Source: Zancudomyces culisetae HAW-14-8 (lineage: Eukaryota; Fungi; Kickxellomycota). Taken from it: DNA of 64,000 bases. The notes under the pieces were generated by a model. The model saw only the letters and a program-made list of their open reading frames with translations. It searched no databases and had not been told where the DNA came from. The DNA lies in NCBI GenBank assembly GCA_052426225.1, contig JBNJNM010000011.1, positions 2,728,001 through 2,792,000 on the forward strand, written 5' to 3'. Shown here in pieces: positions 34,702 to 45,659 of the stretch. The translations under genes and the position numbers were made by a program. Within the stretch, counting starts at the first letter, position 1, and every line of letters begins with the position of its first letter.

Positions 34702-36237
34702 ATGAATTTAGGGTATCTGTATTTGAATATAATCGTGGTAGTACTTTTTAACGTATACCTAGTGTGTGGAAACGAAATTGGGGGAAACTCACTCCTGTTA
34801 AACTGGGAGAGAAACAGTAGTGGTTTAGCGATACCCGGTGACTCAAAAAGTAAAATTTCTCGCACTGTCCCACGGAGAAGGGCATTATTTGGAAACATTC
34901 AAAGAAATCAAATAAAACGGGGAATATTCTATAAAGGGAGAAGACAGGATATAGTAACAACGATAACCACAACAGTTGATAGGCCTATGTCTGATAGGGA
35001 AAGAATAGGCGATGCACTTACAACAATAACTACCACAATCACTAACAGAAGAAGAGTAGTGGAAAAGGGGTTCACAATAAATAAAAACGACCTATCTGTG
35101 GTAATGATAGTTATGCATCAGCTGACAGTAAAAAGCGATGATGGTACAGGAGGAAATAACGGAACAAGTACGGATTATACAGGCGATGAAACTACAACAG
35201 ATCCTACGGATACTACCGACACCACAGATTCCACAGATACAACTGATACTGATATCACCACAGAAACTACAGATCCAACAGATACAACTGATACTGATAT
35301 CACCACAGAAACTACAGACCCAACAGACCCAACAGACCCCACAGACCCAACAGATCCAACAGACCCCACAGACCCAACAGATCCCACAGATCCAACAGAT
35401 CCAACAGATCCAACAGACCCAACAGACCCCACAGACCCAACAGATCCTACAGACCCAACAGATCCTACAGACCCAACAGACCCAACAGACCCAACAGACC
35501 CAACAGACCCAACAGACCCAACAGACCCAACAGACCCAACAGACCCAACAGACCCCACAGATCCAACAGATCCAACAGACCCAACAGACCCAACAGACCC
35601 AACAGACCCAACAGACCCAACAGACCCAACAGATCCTACAGACCCCACAGACCCAACAGACCCAACAGACCCCACAGACCCAACAGATCCAACAGATCCA
35701 ACAGACCCAACAGACCCAACAGACCCAACAGACCCAACAGACCCAACAGACCCAACAGACCCAACAGATCCAACAGATCCTACAGACCCCACAGACCCAA
35801 CAGACCCAACAGATCCTACAGACCCAACAGATCCCACAGATCCTACAGACCCTACAGACCCAACAGATCCTACAGATCCTACAGACCCAACAGATCCTAC
35901 AGACCCAACAGACTCAACAGATACTAGTACAACAACAGATACTGAGAATACTGGTCAAGGCACCACTGATACAACAGATACTATTACAACAACAGATACT
36001 GAGAATACTGGTCAAGGTAGTACAGATACATCACCTGAACTTCCTACAGATGATCTTTATACCACAGATAGTAATAGCTACAGGGTTCATCGCCCGTGTT
36101 GTGCAAATAAGAATAACTACGGAGCTCACCAACCGAATTATGCAAACAATGATGATTACAGAGTTCATCAACCGTATTATTCAAGTGGTAGCGGATATTC
36201 AGGTGGGAACTTGTATCATGCTAATGCCGTGTACTGA
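34702..36237 (+). CDS. Secreted Thr/Asp/Pro-rich repeat protein of unknown function
   Basis: 511-aa ORF with signal peptide (MNLGYLYLNIIVVVLFNVYLVCG). Variation in the repeat is confined to synonymous third positions of the D-P-T frame. Confidence 0.8.
   Translation: MNLGYLYLNIIVVVLFNVYLVCGNEIGGNSLLLNWERNSSGLAIPGDSKSKISRTVPRRRALFGNIQRNQIKRGIFYKGRRQDIVTTITTTVDRPMSDRERIGDALTTITTTITNRRRVVEKGFTINKNDLSVVMIVMHQLTVKSDDGTGGNNGTSTDYTGDETTTDPTDTTDTTDSTDTTDTDITTETTDPTDTTDTDITTETTDPTDPTDPTDPTDPTDPTDPTDPTDPTDPTDPTDPTDPTDPTDPTDPTDPTDPTDPTDPTDPTDPTDPTDPTDPTDPTDPTDPTDPTDPTDPTDPTDPTDPTDPTDPTDPTDPTDPTDPTDPTDPTDPTDPTDPTDPTDPTDPTDPTDPTDPTDPTDPTDPTDPTDPTDPTDPTDPTDPTDPTDPTDPTDPTDPTDPTDSTDTSTTTDTENTGQGTTDTTDTITTTDTENTGQGSTDTSPELPTDDLYTTDSNSYRVHRPCCANKNNYGAHQPNYANNDDYRVHQPYYSSGSGYSGGNLYHANAVY
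35314..35907 (+). repeat. 9-bp coding minisatellite ACA-GAY-CCN x66 encoding (TDP)66
   Basis: 594 nt of uninterrupted ACAGAYCCN units, flanked by longer duplicated Thr-rich units (DTTDTDITTETT x2; TTTDTENTGQG x2). Confidence 0.97.
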
Positions 36238-36853
36238 GATGATGCACTATGACTAAATACGGTGTTGAAGGACAAGAAGTAGCAGATACTACATATGACA
36301 TATACTGATGTAGCCGCCAAGTTATGTTGAAGAGTACGTTTAAAAAAGCAATTCAACCAAATTTGCTTCAAGTGCACCCTGTAAACCACTCAAGCCCTTT
36401 TTTTTACTATTGATACCATCTGTGCTATATGGATGGTGCTTGTTTTTAAATATATATGCTGTAAGCACATTGCAGTATCATATATTATCACTTTTATCTA
36501 AGCGTTTTAGTCGAATTCCATGTTAACTCCACTTGCGAAAATTTTTTCTTGGACTTTGTTTCTAATGACATTCTCGAGATTTTTACCCTTTAACAAAGAA
36601 TTATTGTGAAATTTAAATAAATACTTTATACAGCTCTGCACATACTATCCTCAGTTTATTTAATAAAGAAGGAAATTGAAGTATATAACCCACCACTTAA
36701 GTATGGCCAGGTTTATTAGTGTCAACAATTTAATTTATAACTCGGGGAATAACAATCTCTCATTTAGTGGTAGTAACAACCAAAGCAATGATTTCGTAAG
36801 TGCCGAATTTTCACAGGAAGAGTTGATTGCATCATGGTCTGTCAAAGATACAA

Positions 36854-37244
36854 TCACTGTTTGTTGGCTTCTGATAGAGATGTCAAGACTTCGCCAACTT
36901 CTTTATTAATTTGGAAGTATTTAGCGACGCATCGATCAATGCAAACCGATTCTCCTTTCGTTAATTCACCATCGGGGTACTTTACAGTAATGCACTTTTT
37001 GTAACATGTTTCAGACAATCTAAATAACAAAAAAAGTTTATTAAAGGGATTTCTTTACATTTATTGATTTTAGTACTAACCTGTTAAACAGATCCGAAAT
37101 CATGTCCATTTCCTGCTCAGCAGCGGCAAGTTGAGCCTGTTGATTATTATAGTTCATCGAACCGCCCGAATACATGTTTTGTTGTGAAGTGGCCTGTTGA
37201 TTTTTGTTAGGATCGTTTCCACCGCCGAAATAGCCGCCGAACAT
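36854..37244 (-). CDS. TIM10: Mitochondrial intermembrane-space chaperone Tim10 (2 exons)
   Basis: Exons 37244-37081 and 37019-36854: AAAEQEMDMISDLFNR|LSETCYKKC...GELTKGESVCIDRCVAKYF (twin CX3C). Confidence 0.95.
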
Positions 37245-38999
37245 TTTGAATAATCTTATATATCTACTAATTTAATAGATGTTTTTACGCAAAACTGCAA
37301 ATAAATGTGTAGGCGAAAAAAATTTTTTTATGTGCTACTTACCAACAAGAGATTAAAGATTTTTGGATCTAAAAAAGACTACCAAAAAAAATAACCAAAA
37401 GTATGCTTTTATTTTCTTTTTTTTGATGAATATGTTAGGCAAAGCAAAAAATGTGAAATAGCCAAGCAAACGAGAAAAAAACAACCAATAAGTTGTTAGG
37501 TCAAGCCAACCAACACAGAAAGGTATGGGAAAAAGTTCATCTTAGCAATGTGATCGTGACTGTACGATTGCGTGTTGATGCCTCTAGTAATATATGCATG
37601 TTCTATAATAACCTTCGAGATGTGCGGATAGAGTTATATAAGTAGTAGATCCATTATTACAATTATGCACGAAAGTTTGCCCATTTTGGTACACAGTTTC
37701 AGAAATACTGACTGACTGGTAACACAGTCCCTAAACAAAACTGCACCAAGAAAGCCTTTTGTTTGTGTTTTATGCTCAACAGCACAAGCGCTCTGTGTAA
37801 CCTGCGCACTCATGTTTTATCCGACATCTGACCATCGTGCAGCTGGATCCTCGTTATTGAACAATGATCAGGTAAACACATAAACTGAACAATCTGTGTA
37901 TATCAAAAAATGCTGCCTAATACGGTGCCACTAACTCACGTGTTATTGGATTAATTGAAAAGCAGCTATTTACATTTTTCTATCCTTCGTCTCTCGTTCA
38001 ACTATACATGTACTTGCCCAAAGGGTCGGTATGATATATTTTCATTGGTGTGTCTGTTACCAATCACAGATATCAAAAATACATCTCAACCACTATTTTA
38101 AAAAAAACTAGCTTTAGAGGTTGTTTGCTACCTTTCAAATTTGTTTATTTCGATAACCAATAACATTATAGCTCATTTTAAAAACCTCTTAAGCATGGTC
38201 TTTGGTCCCAAATTAAGAATGAGAAATCTAAATACAATGAATAGCATTCAATGGATAATGTTTGCAAATAAGAGATGTATTATAAACTCGACTGGTTACT
38301 TTGAGATGGCTAGTGATGAATTAAGACCAATTGAAATAGGATCAACCACGAGCGAGTCATCTAAGCAGTACTTTCTCCAGAGAATATCCTAGTTCACCAC
38401 TTTTCATAAACAAATGGTGCTAAACCCTTATGGTCTAAATAGTGGGAAAGAAGGGGGAAGGCGAAGTGGGGGGGGGATATATCAGGTATGCTGGATTTTT
38501 TGTAAGCCGGGGGAACCAGGTTTGAACAAGCATATCATGAAGGTCAAAGTTATTTTTGTCCAAAGACGACAACTCCTAGCAGATACAGTAAATATTTAAT
38601 GCCGAGCCTTGGATATATCCACGGTTAAATATATTCACCGGTTATAATAGCGCTTTTGCGTTTCCCAATTAAAGTTGTGCTTCAAAATATGCTTGCGCTA
38701 CTTAGTAATTACACACCTGATAAAGAAAATAGGGACAAAGAACAACTAGGTCTTCCACACTTTTTGCACTAGCTATTTACAGCAATCTATTATAATTAGT
38801 TATATACTACCACTATTTAATACTATACTCGTAAAACTAGTAATATACAGGATTCAATAGAGGGTATCACATATAGTTCGAAATTAGCTAATATATCCAT
38901 ATTAAAGTTTTATATCAAAACTAGAGCAGGAAAGGCTAAGGTTTACGAGTGTTCAATTATAGGTCATACCCGGTTTGTTGGTAGTAAAAATCGAAAGAC

Positions 39000-40888
39000 A
39001 TGTTCGAAGAAACCGTTAGAAACAATACCAGTGATACGACTCGATTGCTGAAGGATTTTGATGGCTCTTCGGCTAAAAGGACTAAAAGAGTCCAAGTAAA
39101 AAACGCTTGTGGTAAGAATCAAGATTTTTGGACATTATGATCTGGGGCTAGGCACTTATACTGGTTTAAATATAGTATCGATGATTTAGTAGTGTAATGT
39201 AAAATTAACCACTTTGTAGTGAATTGCCAGAAAGCTTGTAAAAAGTGTGATGATTCAAGACCTTGTCTAAGGTGTATTAGCAGAAATAAAGCAGATTCTT
39301 GTGTGGACTCTGTTAGGAAAGAGAGAAAAAAGGGAATAAAAAGGGGGCCGTATAACAAGAAAAATAAATCTTCGGAACTAAAAGGTAATACAGCACAATA
39401 ATTTTGCATCTTATTGTACTCTTTAGCAGGTATATTATTTTGTGATCCAAGTAATTTTTGAAAGAAATAAACCAAATACTAATGCTGCTCCTTTTTGTTT
39501 GTGCTAATAAAAAAAAAGCAACTAAAGTCTATAATAGGGAACAGTCGCAATCACCACTTCCCAGTTCGCAACAGGCTGAAGATGCCCAATTTGAATATTT
39601 GAATGTAGACACGAGCTATGAAACCAGGTCATTGAGCCCGTATGCGATACACCCAAGGTTAAACGATACTGAAGAGCTCAGAGAGAGTAGTCCTTTATTT
39701 CTGCTTTCAGAATTGGCCACAAAGATGATAAAGAAAGACAGTTATCGGTCCAGCAGTATGGAACCAGAAATAAGCGGTAGATACAAAAGGTTGGCTGCTT
39801 TTTCCGAGAACAAACCCGAAAGAAGCCCTCAACTTAGTCATTTAAGAGATATTTTAATACACACACACATAACAACAGAGCCACACAGGGATGAAAATGA
39901 ACCATTAAGTGAAAGTTTTAAAAGGTTTCCATCAAGGGGAGTCTTTGAATTAGGTAAAAACAAAAACGATGTATCAAATACCGGTGAAAATTTCTACGGG
40001 CTAAGCAAATACCCCAAAGAAATGGTATCCTTACGCGAGACAAAGCTCCGAAACTTTGAAAAATTTGACTCCAGAGACGCTCGGGGACATGATTTTTTTC
40101 AAAGGGCCATGAGTGAAAATGACGAAAGTGGAAGTACCAATTTGAAGGACCACCAAAAACAGCAATCTAATAAAGTTAAAAACTCATGGACATCAAATAG
40201 TTCGGAAGATGAATACCAAAAAGGCTCTTTTGAGGATTTTTATATTTCTAGGTCTGATAATTTTCACAAATTTCGCCGAGAAAAAATATCTCCAGCACCA
40301 ATAAACATAAATGAAGGAAGAAAAGGTATAGAATCTGATATGTAGAAACCGATTGAGTTGCATTTTACTTTTCTGCTACACTACTGTGTTATTTGAATAA
40401 CACAGCTTTTAACTCTTTGATAAATTGATATATTCGATCTAATGTAAAGCTAATAGGTACATTTGAAAAAAGTCGAAGTGCTACATCAAACTATGATGGA
40501 TATGGTGGTAGTTACAAAGGCTGTGATCAGTTTGATGAAGGAATCAATGAAAAAAGCATTCGGCTTAGCGGATACTTCGAAAATACCTCACAGATGGATA
40601 GTAGTGGTATTTTTGATGAATCTAGAGACAATATGATGACTGAAAGTATCCATTTTTACCCTAAACTTCCTGATATCACATGTAAGTCCATCTTTTAGCT
40701 CCTCCTCTTTCCCCTTGTAAATTGTAGTTATAACTTGCTTTTTCTTAATACCTCCTTTTTGTTTGACAGCAAATGCACTAACTAATGTAATCTATGCTTC
40801 CATGTTCTACTAACTAGGTCAAAACGCACCCGCTCAAAATAATGATGATAAAAAACTAAAACTTCCCTCCATACACCACCTTATTTAG
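39000..40888 (+). CDS. Zn(II)2Cys6 transcription factor (about 5 exons)
   Basis: Spliced KRVQVKNAC|VNCQKACKKCDDSRPCLRC...C..SVRKERKKGIKRGPY. Further in-phase GT-AG exons end in KLKLPSIHHLI*. The 3' exons are less certain. Confidence 0.85.
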
Positions 40889-41317
40889 TATATACCAACC
40901 CCCTCTTTAACAGACATATTCATTAGCTACAATATGGTTCATGACGTTTCTTCACGACGCCCGCACCTATCCACTTTTCACCAGCCACCACTAATTTTGA
41001 TTAGTATATCTTTTCTGTACATTCTCTACTAGTTGAAAGCGTCAATATATTTCTAATCCGTATAGACATATCTGCTCTTGAATATTTTGCAAATTTTGTT
41101 TCACACTTTATTTAAAAGTAAATACAGTATACACCAATTGTAGGAATCTTCATATTTACGAGTTTTTGAGACATATATATACATTGTATATTAGCGTATA
41201 ATTATGTGATCCACACCTCTAACATCGCTGATCTATTTTTGCAAGTACAGCTGAAGGGTACACAACGATTTGGAACCAGGTTTTAAGTTTTGTGTCATTT
41301 GGTAGCTTAGTCCTGGG

Positions 41318-42451
41318 TTAGATGTAATGACTTTCAAACCTGGAACTTGGTAAAAACCCATGACGCGCTTCCTTGTATTTTCGTAGAGAAACACATACAT
41401 TAGAAGGTGGGCCATCCCGAATCGGAAGGCAGAGACAATCTCTCAACGCATGTTCAATAGTTGATGTGATCTATAGTAGTTTTTTTTCATTTAATCTTTT
41501 GAAGTAGAGAAATAAAATGCACTGTGCTAAAAGAAGGGTGTAGACAAACCTTCAAGTCACTCTGAGAACACAGGGGTCCACCGAAATGCAGAACAGACTC
41601 ATCACATCCGTATACCTCCTTCTTTCCTGAGTAGAGTAGAATTTTATGATCAACAGCAAGCAGAAAGAGAGAAGATGAGAGAAGTGAAATTACCGGATCA
41701 ACGCTCAAGACTACATTATTTTTTAGTTTGGTTCCAAGTAAAAAAAAATAGTGAGACGGGTTAATATCAAATGGTTAGATATATGCTTAGATATTAAATA
41801 TAAATATGCATAAAAAAATCTTCAACAGGACAGAGTGTAAGAACGATTTTTCTGTACTTACGCGCATTAGAATCGGGATAAATAAACAGCCCTTCTCTAG
41901 TAAAAGGTATTGATGCCGAAACAGGTACTATGACCTCCTTTACTTCTTTTCTTGTGAGGGTTTCTAATATTTCAAGCAACAAGTACCTCATGTTATCTTG
42001 ACTTGGTATTCCAGTTAATAAAATCACTGAAAGCTGGAAAGGTAGTGGGTTTGCAGGGATATGGTTAGTATTTTTATAGTGTTAAAGAATTCTGTTTATT
42101 CCAAAAACTGTTATATTTTTTATCCCAATAAAACACATCCCAAGGCTCAATTACCTTATATTCGTCGAAACTAAGAACAACTATTCCAAATCCGCTACCA
42201 GTATTCATCTTTTCGATTTTTATTTCTGCCTCGATCTCACATTTTAAGGGTATAAAAGTCAAAATGTCTGAAAGTTTGCGTGACTGCTTGTCCGTAATAT
42301 CAAAGCAAAGATTCACTACCGATCTGTACGCCGAAATGCAAAGCTCATCTGGTAATCCTAGAATTACTCTTTCGTTGATTTTTATGTCGCTTAGGCCATG
42401 GCAAAGGATCGCACTCCCTTCAACTACCTTTCCATTCGTTATGTTTATCAT
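41318..42451 (-). CDS. 260-aa four-exon protein; candidate divergent proteasome assembly chaperone (PAC1/PAC2 fold)
   Basis: Exons 42451-42155, 42033-41862, 41710-41550 and 41470-41318 join in frame through GT-AG introns. Alpha/beta pattern (LLEILETLTRKEVKEVIVPVSAS); C-terminus ...ESHYI* has a penultimate Tyr. The family call is tentative. Confidence 0.6.
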
Positions 42452-43257
42452 GGTAAAAGTAGGCTTTATAATAATCAGTATTTTTTTACCCTTGCTTACT
42501 TGAAAACTGTTGTAGTTTGTTACTTTGACATCGGACTAAAAGCTCTAAAATAAAATCAAAATCGTGGGGAAAGAAACAAATGGAGTAATGAAATTACCCG
42601 ATAAATTGCGTAATTTCCAGCTACAACGAGGTAAATCGTTTGTGAATGCACTATTGCTTACAAAATTCCAAGTGCTTGGTGGTTTATATGCAAGATACAG
42701 CTGTTTGTAGCTCTGTTAATGAGTTTTAGTTTTAATATCTTTTAGTTAACAATTAATAAACTCACATTTTGACCCTATCTCTGTATGCTAATAATATCCT
42801 ATATAACATCCTAGGTTTAATAATAATATTATTATTATTAAAGACTTTTTAAAAACTCCGAGTTACCTCGTACAAAAACCTTCATCCATAATTAATCATA
42901 AAATTAAACTAATACTAAAAACAATAAAGATGTAGATAAAGCAGGAGCAAAAGTTGGATTTTGAAATCATATCTACTGATGTTACTACGCACAACTTTTC
43001 ATAGAGCATTTTGGTATGTGCAGTTCGGAATTGACTACGTATATGGTGTGTATATGCCATATTTCCGTATACGCATCAATAACAAAACAACAAAAAAATA
43101 ATATAGAGGGGGTTTATGTAAAACGGGGATGACAATATTTAATAAGTTAGCTACCTAAAAGTATTTTAGTACACAAGTCAAATCAAAGACATCTAACACC
43201 TAACATCTAACGCTGGCACAGTAACCAGTGATACACCGTTTAGTGATATCTAGTTAT

Positions 43258-44462
43258 CTACAGGAGTTTCTCCAACACGTTACTCATCAACGCATCGATT
43301 CCACTTGCACGTCCGCCTGTGCTAGTGACATCTCGGGCTCTTGCCTGGCGTTGCTTGAATCGTCTCTCCACCTTTGGTTTTCCACCAGATTCTAGGTCCT
43401 CGGCTTCCTCGAGTTCGGTTAAACCGGCAGTTTTCTGGCGCTTAGCCCGATTCTTTGCCTCGATTCCATTAATGGTTTTTGACTTTTCGATATTTTGCAG
43501 GTACTCGTTCGCTTCTTTTCGGGCTTGAAGGATTTCGTTTCTCAACCGTTGCTCTTTCTCTATACGCTCAAACCCTACACGCATACACACACATATATAT
43601 ATCGTCGTATTGAGCCTTAGGATATATAAATGGAATTTAAAAATCGCAAATAATCGACTTACTTAGTTGCTCAACTAAATTTTTCCACTTGAATTTGGGG
43701 AGATATTTCAGATTCCATAAAGTTTCGAAATGGTAGCTTCGTTTTTTCCCACCTAAAATCCAAAACATCTTTTATATAATTTGTTTAAATAAATAAGGGT
43801 AACAGTCCTGATAAATTCAAATAAAATTTACCCATCGGCTGATTGTTCAGCATTTCTGCAACTGATTTTGCTACTTTCTTGTCCTTAAATTCGATCCATC
43901 CTTCAGTAAATCCTTTTCTCTTATTTCCTCCACCATTTATTCTTCGTTTTCGTACATTAGGATCTAGTATCATTTTGGAAGCAGAATGAGCATTGAAAAT
44001 ACTGATTTAAGGCTGCATTTACAGAAAGATTAAAAAAAAGCAAGACCTACCTTCTGGTGCTAAGAACATCCTCCCTATCTCTCCATATTTCTCCAACATT
44101 CTCCTGACCTTTGTGGGTTTCATAAAAGGCGGAACCCTTGACATGTATATTACGCCCGTTTTTTTCTCAGCTTTCTGGTATTCGAGAAGCTCTTCTGGGG
44201 TTAGTGGTACCACTTCTTTCTTACTCTTTGCCTTGTTCAATTTCCTTTGACGCATGTCATCGGTACTTTCAGGTTCCGAGTCTTCTGTGGATCGTTCGGC
44301 CTCTACGTATTCTTCATGATCATCCTCACTATTTAAGGTCGTTGGCTCGTTATCCTGGCATGGTTTTTTCGTTGGTGATTCCTTTTCTGAGGTACTAACC
44401 TTCCTTTTTCTTAAATTTTTTGATAGATGTATTGCGCTGGTATCTACAACGTTCGTTTCCAT
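43258..44462 (-). CDS. ESF2: Pre-rRNA processing protein ESF2/ABT1 (4 exons)
   Basis: [59 protein letters not shown], plus a coiled-coil last exon. Confidence 0.95.
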
Positions 44463-45241
44463 TTCTAGACATATATCCACTTTTATGCGTATGTGCAACT
44501 TATCCGTCTCTTGTTGTACTCTATGCTCGACTTTGATGTGTCGAATTATGGGAAATTTTGTTTTTGGCTTTAATTTTATTTAAATTTAGTTAATTAGAAA
44601 AAAAATTTTTTTTTTTGATGAAATTGCCAATTAATACGAATTTGACAGTTTGCCTCAAAGGTTTAAAAAAAGTCATAAAAAATATCGAATATGGACAAAG
44701 ACCGGGAAAAACAATAGATCGTACTCGGCAGTCACAAGACATCACATAATTTCTTTTCGCATTTGAAAGATTTGAATTATAGCAAAAACCTCTTGAGGGG
44801 ATTTTTGACCTGGAAAGATAGTTCTCTATTGTGCACATCCAAAAATTAACATTATCAGCTGCGTTTTGGTTTAAGTTTTTATAATTCACAAGAACGCAAG
44901 CGATAATAAGCTATGTAAATTAAAACTACAATATTCAATCTTGATAATAAACAAAAAAGTAAAACAGTCAAAATTTTCAAGTTAAAACTACACAAACACT
45001 TGGACCTACATGCATATGCAATTTCAGGCGTGACTCTGGTTAACATAATCTTTTACCAAATATACAACTATTTTGTGCTGAAATAAAGATGCAGAGGAGC
45101 TAAAGACGTAGGTTTACAAGAAGCGGCTGGGTCCTTCTTATTATGTCCAAGGCTGATGTCTGTGATTCTTATAAATTCGATATGGGTCTATAGTACATAG
45201 CACATATATTATAACTGCCATTGTAGACGTCACATATTCAC

Positions 45242-45659
45242 TTACATGTTTTTTTCTATTTTTGCTCGGAGCTCATTAGCATTTGCGCCAACTACTTCAT
45301 CCACCAACAATCCGCCGATAAATATCTTAAAAGTTGGCATGGCCACTATATTAGCACTTGCCGCAAGGTCCTGTTAATGAATTTTCAATTATTTTTACTA
45401 ACTGTTTTTTAATTGTGACTAAACTATATCACTATGAGATGTTACGACGATATTTATTCACAAAAACACTTACCGGATGCTCATCGACATCGATTTTAAC
45501 AAATTTGGCACTGGTGTATTCATTAGAAAGCTTCTCATACCTAGTTATCATTGACCTACAAGGACCACACCACCTTGCAAAGAACTCAGCAATGACTAAC
45601 TTGTTTTTTTTGATCGCCATGTCAAAATCACTCTTCTGTAGTACTTCTGTTACAGCCAT
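45242..45659 (-). CDS. Thioredoxin paralog A (2 exons; possible third exon to 45169 adding a PTS1)
   Basis: Exons 45659-45474 and 45370-45242. WCGPC, KFVKIDVDE, AMPTFK...EVVGAN. 104 aa. Confidence 0.95.

Noticed and set aside
35175-35837. Antisense (GSV)n ORF
   Set aside because: It has no ATG start. Its third codon positions coincide with those of the DPT frame, so its purity is an automatic shadow of the sense repeat.
35138-35910. Gln-rich (QTQ)n +1-frame ORF as an independent protein
   Set aside because: Repeat variation is non-synonymous in this frame (T/I, Q/P/L) but synonymous in the DPT frame, so selection acts on DPT.
37140-37244. Q/N/G-rich N-terminus of Tim10 as a prion-like domain
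   Set aside because: Too short, and similar to the variable Gly/Gln-rich N-termini of other fungal Tim10 proteins.
40384-40405. 10-bp inverted repeat CTGTGTTATT/AATAACACAG in a transcription-factor intron
   Set aside because: Isolated, AT-rich and without box motifs; expected by chance.
42346-42465. GS-TGA-REC (UxxC-like) in an alternative frame
   Set aside because: It overlaps the open first exon of the PAC1-like gene in another frame. No thioredoxin-fold context or SECIS is evident.
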